Positions 26,245 through 38,074 of a DNA stretch of 64,000 bases are shown here, piece by piece (position 1 is the first letter of the stretch; each line of letters opens with the position of its first letter). Where the stretch lies: the NCBI RefSeq assembly GCF_963921235.1, contig NC_086108.1:49726001-49790000 (forward strand), in the 5' to 3' direction. A program made the position numbers and the translations under genes. Source of the DNA: Mobula hypostoma. Its lineage: Eukaryota. The notes under the pieces were generated by a model. It was not told the DNA's origin and searched no databases. It saw only the letters and a program-made list of their open reading frames with translations.

Positions 26245-26888
26245 CCTCACTGGGTGGCTAAGAAGAAATATGGTATGTTGGCCTTCATTAGTCAGAGTAT
26301 TGAGTTCAAGAACTGCGAGGCAATGTTACATTAAAACTCTGGTGAGACCACAGTGGGTATATCATGTTCAGTTCTAGTTGCCTTATTATAGGATGGATGT
26401 AGAAACTTTAGAAAGGGTGCTGAGGAGATTTACCAGAATGCTCTCTGGATTGGAGAGCATCTTGTGAGAAAAGGTTGAGCAAGCAAGGACTTTTCTCTTT
26501 GGAGTGAGGGGGAATGAGTGGTGATTTGATGGAGGTCAAGTCATAGATAAGGTGAACAACCAGAGACTTTTTCCCAGGGTGGCAATGGCTAATTTGAGCG
26601 GACATACTTTTAAGGTGATTGGAGGAAAATACGGCGGGGGTGGGGGGGATGTCAGAGGTAGTTCTTTTTTTTTACACAGAGAGTGCTGAGTTCATGGAAT
26701 GAACTGCTGGGTGTAGTGGTAAAGGCAGATACATTAGGGACATTTAGAAGACTTTTAGATAGGCGCATGAATGAAAGAAAACTGGAGGGCTATGTGTTAG
26801 ATTGATCTTGAAGTTGATTAAGAGGTCTGCACAACATTAAGGGTGAAAGGGCCTATATTGTGATGAACTATTCTATGTTTTATGTACA
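26245..26888 (+). mobile_element. CR1 3' fragment
   Basis: KKYGMLAFISQSIEFK and LVRPQW motifs; tail TTCTATGTTTTATG. Confidence 0.75.
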
Positions 26889-26963
26889 TCAGAAATAAGG
26901 AGATAGTGGAATCAGTGTGCTAATGACAAAAATCTTGGCCAAAATGGGGAGGGGGGAGGGGGA

Positions 26964-27054
26964 AGAGAGAGTGAGAGAGAGAGAGAGAGAGAGAGCGAGT
27001 ATGAGAGTGAGAGTGAGAGTGAGAGAAAGTGAGTGTGAGAGAGAGAGAGAGAGA
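26964..27054. repeat. (GA)n/(GAGT)n microsatellite
   Basis: Directly visible. Confidence 0.95.
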
Positions 27055-27217
27055 TGCTATAAGTTGTAGTTCTTGATGGAGAATTTATGGAGTAAAGAGT
27101 TAAGTTTAGCGTAGATGTAGAATGAAGTCTGTGAAGTCTTCAGAAGAATGAATGTGGCTGCAGCAGATGACCAAAGACAATGGACTTATGTTTATCAATA
27201 TTTAGGGAGGATGTATA

Positions 27218-27532
27218 GGTGTGGGCACCTGGCCAAGTGGTTAAGGTATTGGATTAGCGACCTGAAGGTCGTGAGTTCGAGCCCCAGCCGAGGCAGCGTT
27301 TTGTGTCCTTGAGCAAGCCACTTAATCACACATTGCTCTGCAATGACATTGGTGCCAAGCTGTATGGGTCCTAATGCCCTTCCCTTGGACAACATCAATG
27401 GTGTGGAGAGGGGAGACTTGCAGCATGGGCAACTGCTGGTCTTCCATACAACCTTGCCCAGGCCTGCGCCCTGGAGAGTGAAGACTTTCTAGGTGCAGAT
27501 CCATGGTCTCGCAAGACTAACAGGTGCCTTTA
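27218..27532 (+). mobile_element. tRNA-derived SINE
   Basis: A box TGGCCAAGTGG and B box GAGTTCGAGCC, then GTGTCCTTGAGCAAGCCACTTAA, a central motif common in fish SINEs. Confidence 0.8.
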
Positions 27533-28756
27533 AATGGGTGTTGATGAGCACCCGATGATGTAATGGTTTCAGAGAGGAAACAATTTGTTCTGGCTTTCAC
27601 CTGATTGATAAAAAGCTGGAGAGCAGAGAAAATGCTGAAGATTGTGTGGTGAATTCTGTCAGGAAGATGATGCCAGGCAAATAAATGCAGTTCCATAGTA
27701 AAATCTATCATTGATATAAATAAATGGACCTGATCCCCTCCTTCCAAGCTACAACATTTGTGTTATCTCCTGTATTATGCACAGCATGCTAAAGACCCAC
27801 ATTATATGTAACCCTATAGAGACAAACAAAGACTAGTATAAGGTAAGACAGATCCAGGTGCCTGGTTTGAAATAGCTGCAGGTTTCTGCGTACTGTTTGT
27901 CCAGGTAGACCACCGTTCCTTTTCAACACTACTCTAACCTATAATAACAGGCTAAATCAAAACTTTTTCAAGAGATAAGATCAAAGTTTCATTGAACAGA
28001 GCAGAGTGGAAATAATATGCAGGTATAAAGTCTTGAGATGCGGAACATTTCAATTGTCACACAGGCCCTACAATTGAACAACTGGATGTTAGACTCAGTA
28101 GTTAAATTGCTCCCTGAAGGGATGCTATTCTGATGTGCAGTGGAGAACAAGCTTTCTTTAATGCTTGACTGACAAATCACAATGCAAAGACTTCAGAGAA
28201 TGAATTACTGTACAAAATCTGTACTGATTCATAATTACATGCCAATCTATTTTCAGTTCCAAGTCATTTGCAATCAGCAGTCAGCACATCCGAGGTCAAT
28301 CTGCAACATTTCAAAACCATGAATTAAAGGAGAGGACCAATAGATTAAAAAACACAGAAAACAATCCAAGCATTTTATAGGAAAAAAATTTGAAAATTTC
28401 ATTCCAAGCAAGGTCAAGGAGGTAGCAAGATTTACATTGGAGCTTGTACCATTTTGATCTGGAAAATGGACTAGAGGCACTAAACACTGAAGGAAATAAA
28501 TTAGCAAATCTTTTATACAGCCAGCAAGGAGATAAAACCCCACCAGATTAATTTGGAAAATGGTGGCTGTAAATATGAGCTTTTGGCATATCAGCATCCA
28601 GTGCACATCAGCAACATGTGAACAGGTTGGTGTATTTTTGCTTGATTTGCCGTTTACAAAAGGAAAATTGGCCCGGAGCAGATTGCAAGGATGAGGTTTT
28701 CAATGGCAGAAGGACTAACAAAGGAATGGTAGTGAGTTCTGTTAAAAATGAAATTA

Positions 28757-29175
28757 GGTGCCTCCCCACCACCCAGACCATTCTCTGTTCTCACTGCTGC
28801 CACCAGGAAGAAGATACAGGAGCCTCAGGACCCACCCTACCAGGTTCAGGAACATTCTTTACCCCTCAACCTTCAGGCTCCTGAACCAGTGGGGATAATT
28901 TCACTAAACTTCACTGCCCATCACTGAACTGTTCCTACAACCTATGGATTCGGTTTCAAGGACTCTTCATCTCATGTTCTTGATATTTATTACTTTTTTT
29001 TCCTTTTGTATTTGCACAGTTTGTTGTCTTCTGCACACTGGTTGTTTGTCCATCCTGTTACGTGTGGACTTCCATTGATTTTATTATTGGATTTACTGAG
29101 TATGCTGCAAGAAAACAAATCTTCGGGTTGTATATGGTGACATATATGTACTTTGATAATAAATTTACTTTGAAC
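28757..29175 (+). mobile_element. Rex1-type 3' end fragment
   Basis: CCAGGTTCAGGAAC..TACCCCTCAACC and tail ATAATAAATTTACTTTGAAC, shared with 30680-31060 and 56610-56845. Confidence 0.7.
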
Positions 29176-29745
29176 TACGAACTCTCATGTTGAAGCTTAA
29201 TTCGGGTTGATTTGAATATGGGATCTGCAAACATTCTTATTTTGCTTAGTCTAACTGTTTGTTAGGGAGCTGGAGTCAGTGACAAGAATGCAGAATTGTG
29301 GAGTTAAAGTCGATGGCTCTGGTCCTCCTGGTTTTTAGCTAGAGGAAACTGCAGTATATCAGAAAAGCAATGGAGTTGCAGGAGGGGTAGAGAGACAGGC
29401 AGTCAATTTCTAAGTATCAGGACATCAGAGCAAAGCTGATTCGATCACCGCCTCCTTCCCCATCCCCTCTCCCATCCATTCTTTTAACCTTTTGGTTGCA
29501 GCCTTCTCTGCAATCAACTTGCTCTATTCAGATCAGAGAATGAATTCTTTACCCTCCCACCTCAATGCCATCTTCCACCTCATGCAGATTGTGCTCATGC
29601 CATCTGCCTGGCCAGATGGTTCTGGCCTTGGGCTGCAAATAACTAGAAGTACCAGTGAGTTAAAAAATAGGCATGATAATATTCTGCAATTACCGTGTAG
29701 CAAGGCTAGGTTAAAGGTCTCAGGTTTAACATTTTATGTTAATAT

Positions 29746-29880
29746 GTCCTGATGAAGAGTCTCGGCCCAACAAGTCGACTGTTTATTCCTCTCCAAAGAT
29801 GCTTCCTGAGTTGCTGAGCCCCCCAGCATTTGGTGTGTGTTTCTCTGAATTTTCATCATCTGCAGAATCTCTGTGTGTTT
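29746..29880 (+). mobile_element. Old Penelope pLTR fragment starting at a degenerate hammerhead
   Basis: GTCCTGATGAAGAGTCTCGGCCCAACAAGTCGACT followed by pLTR tail; the GAAA core is mutated. Confidence 0.7.
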
Positions 29881-30129
29881 CATGCTGCTTGGAACATTAT
29901 TACCATCTAGTGACGGAGAACCAGAATTGCAACAGGCATGCTTGATTTGTGGTGAACAAGCTTGCGAATGATTGACTTTGATATACTTTAGTTCTCCCTG
30001 AACCTAGCACATCAACACTAGAGTCTTACAAACTGCAGTCATGTATACTAATTATTGAATGAAAATATGACACTTTCACAAAAATGAAGGAAATGAGCAC
30101 ATATTTTTAAACTGGGTGAATTAACACTC

Positions 30130-31060
30130 AGTATATAGGAGGGAAATTGAAAATCTGGCTGAGTGGTGCCACAATAGCCACCTTTTACTCAATGTTAGCA
30201 ACAACAAGGAGTGATTATTGACTTCAGGAGGAGAAAGCCAGAAGTCCCTGAGCCAGTCTTCATCAATGACTTCTGTGTTACCATTTCAAAGAACCTGTCA
30301 ATGCCAAGCACATAAGTGCAATTACAAAGAAAGCAAGGCAGCACCTCTATTTCCTTAGGAGTTTGCAAAGATTCAGAATGATATTTATGGCTTTAACTAA
30401 CTTCTACAGATGTGTGATGGAACGTATATTGACTGGCTGCATCACAGCCTGGTATGGAAACATCAATGCCATTGAATGGAAAATCCCAGAAAAAGTAGTG
30501 GACACAGCCCACTCCATCGCAGGTAAAGCCTTCCCCACCAATTAGCACATCTACATGGAGTGTTGTCGCAGGAAAGCAGCACCCATAATCAGGCCCCCTC
30601 CCCCCCTACTACCTACAGTAGGTCATATTCCTTCTTGCTGCTACTATCAGGAAGAAGATAGTGGAACTCAGGGCTCCCACCACCAGGTTCAGGAACAGTT
30701 ATTACCCCTCAACCATCAGGCTTGAAACAGAGGGGATAACTTCACTCAATTTTTCTTGCCCCATCACTGAACTGTTGCCACAACCTACGGACTCACTTTC
30801 TAGGACTTTTCATTTCATGTTCTCGATACTTATTGCTTATTTTTAAATTTATTATTATTATTAACATTCATTCTTTCTTTTTTTTTCTTTTCTATTTGCA
30901 CAGTTTGTTGTTTTTGCACACTGGTTGTCCATTCTGTTGGTGCAGTCTTCCATTGATTCTATTATGGTTATTGGATTTGAGTATGCCCGTAAGAAAATGA
31001 ATTTCAGGGTTGTATATGGTGACACATATGTACTTTGATAATAAGTTTATTTTGAACTTT
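30130..31060 (+). mobile_element. Degenerate Rex1/Babar 3' half
   Basis: NFYRCVMERILTGCITAWYGN; TTRFRNSYYPSTIRL. Confidence 0.8.
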
Positions 31061-31074
31061 ATCAGCATCTGAAG

Positions 31075-31960
31075 CACATAATCTGAAAGGTAAATGAAAG
31101 TAAACACAATAGCAACTTTCCATAAGAAACTGGATAACCTTGCAACTCTTGAACTCAGTTCCCTGATTAATGAAGGCCAACACACCCTTCTTAACAACCC
31201 TTTCAAACTGCAGCACAACTTTGAGGGATCTGCCGATATGAACACCAAGATCTCTCTGTTCCTGCACACTGCTAAGAATCATGCCCTTAACCCTATGCTC
31301 TGCCTTCAGGTTTGGCCTTCAGTTCACACTTCTCCAGAATGATCTTCATCTGCCACTTCTCAGCCCAGTTCTGCATCCTATCAAGGTCTCATTGTAACCT
31401 ACAACCATCTTCTACACTATCCATAACACCACCAATTTTTCTCTTATCTGCAAACTTACTAACCCACCCTTCCAGTTCCTCATGCAAGTCATTTATTAAA
31501 ATTACAAAGAGCAAGGGCTCCAGAACAGTTCCCTGCAGTACATCACTGGTCACTAACCTTCATGCAGAATATGCTTCATCTTCTACCACCCTCTGCCTTT
31601 TGTGGTCAGGCCTATTCTGAATCCAAGCAGCCAAGTTTCCCTCAATCCTATGCCTCATTACTTCCTGAATAAGTCTACTATGCAGAACTTTGTCAAACAC
31701 CTTACTAAAATCCAAATACACCACACTCCCTGCTCTATCTTCATCAATTTGTTTTGTTACATCCTCAAAGAATTCAATTAGACCATGAGATATGAGCTGC
31801 CCCTCACAAAGCCATGCTGACTATCCCTAATGAGACTAATACTTCTCCAAATGTTTGTAAATTCTGTCTATAAGAATCCTCTCCAATAGTTTGCCCACCA
31901 CTGATTTAAGACGTATAGGTCCATAATTCCCAGGATTATCCATAATACCTTTCTTCTGAT
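31075..31960 (-). mobile_element. Degenerate CR1 RT fragment
   Basis: Minus: VQEQRDLGVHI..GVLAFINQGTEFKS; reverse complement of the QHGFV..VFDKV motif region. Confidence 0.75.
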
Positions 31961-32689
31961 AAAGGAAATTATGGAATTTGGAAACAAAGCTAAAATGCTG
32001 TGATAGGTTTTCCAATACAAAAATTCTTCTCTACGACACAAGAAAATTATATGGTGCTATAGAATTTTTTGGCCCATGTACTCAGTTATTAGATAAACAT
32101 ATTAACCATATCAGTATAGTTAATTTACAAATCTGCTGAATTGTAATTGGAGTGGACAAGCCTTGGTGTGTTCTAAGCAAATGCTCTTTTATTTTGGAAC
32201 TACATCTATGCAAGTACTCCTTCTGTAATGCACCGAATTGTCTGCCTATATTTATGTGTTCAAGTCTTTGGAGTGTGTCTTGAACCCATTATCCCTTGTC
32301 TCTTGACTCAGGCAAGGCTTTCTGTGTTCAATATCAAATTTAACTACTGCAGTTCACAACTATTACTAAATTTTGGCTCTGAAGTAATAATAATTGCTGG
32401 AAAGCTCTTCCTTTGTTTCTTTCCCATTAAGATCATCTTTGTGTTGCACTCTTGTGATATTTAATACCTTAAGCCAAATTATTGATATCGATATTGAGGC
32501 ACTGAGGACCATTAATCACAGTCTGCAAAACTGAGAATGATCTGCTAATTGCAAGTACTTAACTTTCTACCTGATAGTCAATTCTCAATCCATTTTGGTC
32601 TATTATGTCATTCTTGCTAGACCATTGATTCTTTAATATATTTGCTTCCATGAAAATATTTGCATTGTAATTGTTTAATTCGTCTGCAG

Positions 32690-33143
32690 CCGGGCGTCAA
32701 GGTCCGAGGCAAGGTACGGTCTGGTTCAGATCGCTGCTTGAAGTGGCAGAACCTGTTGTTCGGATGGAGAGTTAAGCGCCGGGCGAGAATGAAAATATCA
32801 GGGTGTCAAGCCAGTTTGGATTACTGTTCCACAATGATTACTCGGCTCTACGCGGAACTATGGGACTCTCTTTATGGACTGCAGTTCAGAAACATTATTT
32901 GCTTGCAACTACTGTTTACATGATGTTTTTTTCTCAGTGCACATTGGGTGTTTGAAGTCTTCTGTCTCATGGGTCATTTTATTCTCTTTTATAGGCATGA
33001 TGTGGATTTTATTCTCTGCACATTGGGTCTTTTTATATATTGCGTTTGTTTTTGGGCTTCTTTGTTTCATGGCTGCCTGTCAGGAGACAAATCTGAAGGT
33101 TGTATAAGGTATACATACTTCGATAATAAATGCACTTTGAACA
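32690..33143 (+). mobile_element. Non-coding repeat with a Rex1-like 3' tail
   Basis: CpG-richer block ending ATCTGAAGGTTGTATA..ATAATAAATGCACTTTGAAC, similar to the tails at 29120-29175 and 31000-31060. Confidence 0.5.
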
Positions 33144-33559
33144 TTGATTTCAATATTTGCAATACTGTAATTAATTATTATTTCAATTATACTGTTCACC
33201 TCTAAGGTGCTTAAATTTACCCTCACTAGTCTTGTCCCTTTTCAATATTTATAGAGGCTCTAACATTAATAGTATATCTTTGCTGGTCTACTCCCTTATT
33301 CTTTCTTGTCTTGCTTTAACAATATTTTGGGGTACTTTGAGTCCCAGAATGCACCCAATGCTGAGGCTGACTCCTGTTTTTGGCAAATCTAAAAGCCTCT
33401 CCCATGTTTTTAATGCTGCGTTTAGTTTCCTGTATCGTAAGTTATGGAGGAATCGTGTATGGAACTTAAGCACTGGCAGGCTGATTGGGCCCATCGGCCA
33501 CTATCATTTCAAGGAAATTTTAAATATACGAGGCCCTCCGTTGGTCAGGATCGACCATC

Positions 33560-34092
33560 GATATTGTTTTCTAGCTGTCTACCTGATACGCAAGCCAGGC
33601 CAGTACAATATGCAGAGCAAGCTGGTGTCCAAGCAGCAGGTTCCCCCTCTCCACAATGCTGATGTATCCAAAAGAACGGCAGAAACCGATGCAGTTTGGC
33701 ACCAGCTGTGTCGCAGGAGTTGCCAGTCAACACTGAACTCAACGCAGGACTACCTTAGGGACTCCAACTCCCGAATTCTCGTTGGAGTTTACTTCCGAAG
33801 CCTTCCCCATGAGTGGGTATAGCCGCAAGACAGCAGAGGTTTGAGATCAGAGTTATCCTTCTCCTAGATGAGCTGCCAACCATGGTTGATGAGGCCCATC
33901 TGCCCAAAGTGCCCGCTTATAAGGTGCCAGCAACGTGTCTTTGCCCCTTCTCCTGTCAGTGAAAGAGTTGTGCTGCGCTCAGCAGCTAAGCTGCCCGTGA
34001 AGGCCAGGAGCTGGGTTTAGTTGTCAGAAGCTATTTGAGATGTATGGCATTGAGAACAGGTAATTGGTAGTGGGAGCTTATCCCCACTACAT
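33560..34092 (-). mobile_element. Non-autonomous element resembling an RTE 5' UTR; shares a domain with the SINE at 27218
   Basis: Minus strand begins with hairpin GTAGTGGGGATAAGCTCCCACTAC; contains CTAGGAGAAGGATAACTCTGATCTCAAACC (recalled as an RTE 5' UTR motif); TGGTGCCAAACTG..TGTGGAGAGGGGGA is homologous to 27350-27415. Confidence 0.55.
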
Positions 34093-34824
34093 TTCACCCC
34101 CCCCACCCGCTGAAAAGTCAATCTTAAGAAACCTCTAAAACAAATATAAAAACATTTGCTCCTCTCAATGGGTTGGTACATCATCTCTTCTCTGGAATCT
34201 AGGTTGATATCCTGTATGGATGAAATAATGAATTTGAGGCTACACTCTTACGAAGGGCCAACTGGAATATAAATTATTAGTGTCTTTTTAGTTTATATTA
34301 TACACTAAACCATCATAAAAACTAATTAAAAATCAATTGAATGCTTATTAGTGGTATTCCTTATAAACTATATTTGAATACAAATTAATTTATTAAAAAT
34401 AATGAATGTTTAATTTTATATCTTTTGTTCCTTTCTTCATTTAATGATGATGTTCCAAATCAAATTCAACTTACACAACTCTTTAAGGAGAGAGATTGAG
34501 CTTGATAATTCTATTTGCCTAGGATTAAGTGAAAGAGACACTGGTTTTCAGTCTGGCTATAAGGTGGTTTCCATTTACTTCCTCATTATCTCTTTTAAAA
34601 TCCTAGGGGTGTCTAAATACCTAGGTATTGATTTTCCCAAACAGCATTCATGTTGAGTGATTAAACATGGATGCAAGAATCAGTGCAGCAAATGACAGCA
34701 CTGAAAATCAACATCGATGTAGTACTAGAAAAGCTAATATTTCAATGAATGGCAAATATATTGGAAATTTCCCCCTCCACTCTCCCAAGTACAGTCATGT
34801 AAATGTAGTCCACTCTGTATCCTT

Positions 34825-35082
34825 TTTTTCTGGATACTGGTTAACCGCCTTGAGTTATGCTACATTGTGTAACAACTCAAATGTCAAAATGAGGCATCCG
34901 TATTGTACTGTCTCAGTACTTTTATATTTCTGTGCTGTAGCACTTTTTTTATTTGCAGTTATTTTGTAAATAACACTATCTTTGCATTTCTGGTCAGATG
35001 CTAAATGCATTTCATTGGCTCTGTATCTGTACTCGGCATAATGACAATAAAGTTGAATCTAATCTAATCTAATCTAATCTAA
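34825..35082 (+). mobile_element. LINE 3' tail fragment with (TCTAA)n
   Basis: ATGACAATAAAGTTGAATCTAATCTAATCTAATCTAATCT terminus. Confidence 0.6.
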
Positions 35083-36329
35083 ATTACATACAAGAAGCTG
35101 AACACTGTCCTGGACTCAAACTCTGGAAGCTAAAGGAAAAAGCAGATGTATCTGGTGAGATATAGCAAGATCAGTACACATGTTCTTTGGTATATTGTGC
35201 ACAATTTCCAAATTTGCAGATGACACAACTTTGAGGCATGGTGATCTTTGATGTAGAGTTCAAGGAGCTAAAGGTAGACTGCATTATGGAGAAGAAATTT
35301 AATACTGGAAGAAGTGAAGTGTTACATTTTGGTAGGAAGAATAAGAAGGGGCAATTCTTAAAGGTGTTCAATAACAGAGAGAGATCCCAGTGTCCATGTA
35401 CATATTCACTTTTACATTCCCTTTTCTCTGTTCCTTCGTCTCCGCTGCATTTGTTCCCCAAATAAGGCTTTCCTTTCCAGGACATCAGAGATGTCCTCTT
35501 ACTTCAAAAAACCACCACCATTGATGTTACCCTCACCAGCATCTCCTGTTTCCTGGACATCCACACTCAGCCCATCTGCCATCTCTTTAACAGGGATAGA
35601 GATTATCCCTGTTAAAAAACTATCAACCTCCACTTTATATATACCCAATAGCTTGGCCTCCACAGCCGTCAGTGGCACTAAATTCCACAATTCACTAACC
35701 TCAGGCTAAAGAAATTCCTCCTCATCTCTGTTCCAAATGAATGTCCCTCTATTCTGAGGCTGCGCCCTCTGGTCCTAGACTCTCCACTATAGGCCACATT
35801 CTCTCCACGTTCACTCTATCTAGGCCTTTTAATATTCAATAGGTTTCAATGGCATCCCCCACTATTCTTCTAAACTCCAGCGAGCACGGGCCCAAAGTCA
35901 TCAAATGCTCCTTGTACATTAACCCTTAATGTACTGGAATCAGTCTTGTGAACCTGCTCTGGACCCTCTCCATTGCCAGCATGTCTTTTCTTAGATAAGG
36001 GACCCAAAACTGCTCACAATGCTCCATGTGGTCTGACGAATGCCTCATAAAATCTTAGCACTATCTACTTCCTTTTATATTCTAGTCCTCTCAAAATGAA
36101 TGCTAACATTGCATTTGCCTTCCTTAGCACAGACTCAGCCTGCAAGTTGACCTCTAAGAAATCCTGCACAAGGACTCTCAACTCCCCTTGTACTGTTGAT
36201 TTTGAATTAAATAGTCTATGCCTTCGTATCTAAGTCCTTCTGCAGACTCCCCGCTTCTTCAACACTACCTGCCCCTCCATCTATCTTTGAATTGTTTGCC
36301 AACTAGGCAACAAAGCCATCAATACAATC

Positions 36330-37300
36330 ATCCTGGCCAGGCAGCATCTATGAAAAAGAGGACAGTCAACATTTCGGGCCGAGACTCCTCAGCAGGACTG
36401 GAGAAATAAAGATGAGGAGGAGAGTTAAAAGGTGGGGGGAGGAGGGAAGGAAGAAACACAAGATGATAGGTGAAACCGGGAGGGGGAGGGGTGAAGTAAA
36501 GAGCTGGGAAGTTGATTGGTTAAAGAGATACAAGGCTGGAGAAGGGGGAATCTGATTGACGAAGATGGAAGGCCATGGAAGAAATAGAAGGGGGAAGAAG
36601 CACCAGAGGGAGGCGATGGGCCGGCACGGAGACAAGGTTAGAGAGGGGAAAAGGGGATGGGAAATGGTGAAGGGGGGGTGGGGGGCATTACCAGAAGTTT
36701 GAGAAATCAATACTCATGCCATCAGGTTGGAGGCTACCCAGACGGGTGTTGTTCCTTCAACCTGAGTGTCGCCTCATTGCAACAGTAGAAGAGGCCTTGG
36801 ATAACCAGAAGTTTGAGAAATTGATGTCCATGCTATCAGGTTGGAAGATACCACTCCCCCCCCCTCACTTCACCATTCTCCATCCCCTTTTCAATCTCTT
36901 CACCTTATCTTCTTGCCTGCCCATTACCTTCCTCTGGTGCTCCTCCCCACTTTTCTTTCTTTCATGACCTTCTATCCTCTCTTATTAGATTCCCCCTTCC
37001 TGTCCTCTCCTATTGGATTCCCCCTTCTCCAGCCTTGTATCTCTTTCACCAATCAACTTCCCAGCTCTTTACTTCACCCCTCCCCCTCCCAGTTTCACCT
37101 ATCACCTTGTGTTTCCCCCTCCGCTCCCTGCACCATTTAACTCTACTCCTTTTCTTTCTTTCTGCAGTCCTGCTGAAGGGTCTCAGCCCAAAACGTCGAC
37201 AGTCCTCTTTTCCATAGATGGGGCCTGGCCTGCTGAGTTCCTCCAGCATTTTGTGTGTATTTCTTGGATTTCCAGCATCTGCAGATTTTCTCTTGTTTGT
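36330..37300. mobile_element. Penelope-derived ~1 kb inverted-repeat insertion
   Basis: Minus-oriented 3' UTR/pLTR (36333-36690) and plus-oriented copy (36850-37300) surround two short GIY-YIG C-terminal pieces; degenerate hammerheads near 36365-36400 and 37167-37202. Confidence 0.8.
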
Positions 37301-37462
37301 GATTGGATACCATATTCCTAATCATTGATATATAACCATGAAAAGAAACAATCCTAACACTAACACCTGCAGAACACCACTAGTTACCAGCAGTCAACCA
37401 GGAAAAGCTCCTTTATTCCCACTCTTTTCCTGCTGCCAGTAAGCCAATCTTCTAACCATGCT

Positions 37463-37657
37463 AACAACAGGAATTCTGCAGATGCTGGAAATTCAAGCAA
37501 CATACATCAAAGTTGCTGGTGAACGCAGCAGGCCAAGCAGCATCTATAGGAAGAGGTGCAGTCGACGTTTCAGGCCGAGACCTTTCGTCAGGACTGCACC
37601 TCTTCCTATAGACGCTGCTTGGCCTGCTGCGTTCACCAGCAACTTTGATGTATATTG
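37463..37657. mobile_element. Penelope-derived fold-back insertion
   Basis: ~65-bp inverted arms around a hammerhead core; 14-bp direct repeat CTTCTAACCATGCT at 37449-37462 and 37658-37671. Confidence 0.9.
37560..37595 (-). ncRNA. Minimal type I hammerhead ribozyme motif
   Basis: Minus: AGUC CUGACGA A AGGU-CUCG-GCCU GAAA CG UC GACU; complete core, stem I, stem II and palindromic ACGU stem III. Confidence 0.75.
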
Positions 37658-38074
37658 CTTCTAACCATGCTGGTATCTTTTCTATAATACCACGGGCACT
37701 TATCTTGTTAAGCAGCCTCATTGTCAAAGGCCTTCTGAAAATCCAAATATACAACATCCACTGATTCTCCTTTGTCTATTCTGCTTGTTATTTCCTCAAA
37801 GAATTCCACAGATTTCTTAGGTAAGATTTCCTCTTAAGGAAACCATATTGATTGAGTGATATTTGCAATTTTCCAGTCTTCCAGAACCATTCCAGAATCT
37901 AGTGATACTTTAAAGATTGTTACTAATGCCTCCGAAATCTCTTCAGCTACCCTCTTTCAGAACCCTGGGGTGTAGTCCATCTGGTCCTGGTGACGAATCT
38001 ACTTTCAGACTTTTCAGCTTCCCAAGCATTTTTTCCTTAGTAATAGCAACAACACTCACTTCTATCCCCTGCGT

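Noticed and set aside
27218..27295. tRNA-like sequence
   Set aside because: It has A and B boxes but continues into a SINE body and lacks a clean cloverleaf. The same applies to 16552-16625.
33232..33822. 196-aa ORF
   Set aside because: Non-ATG start; it runs from unique AT-rich DNA into the antisense strand of a repeat and has no domain motifs.
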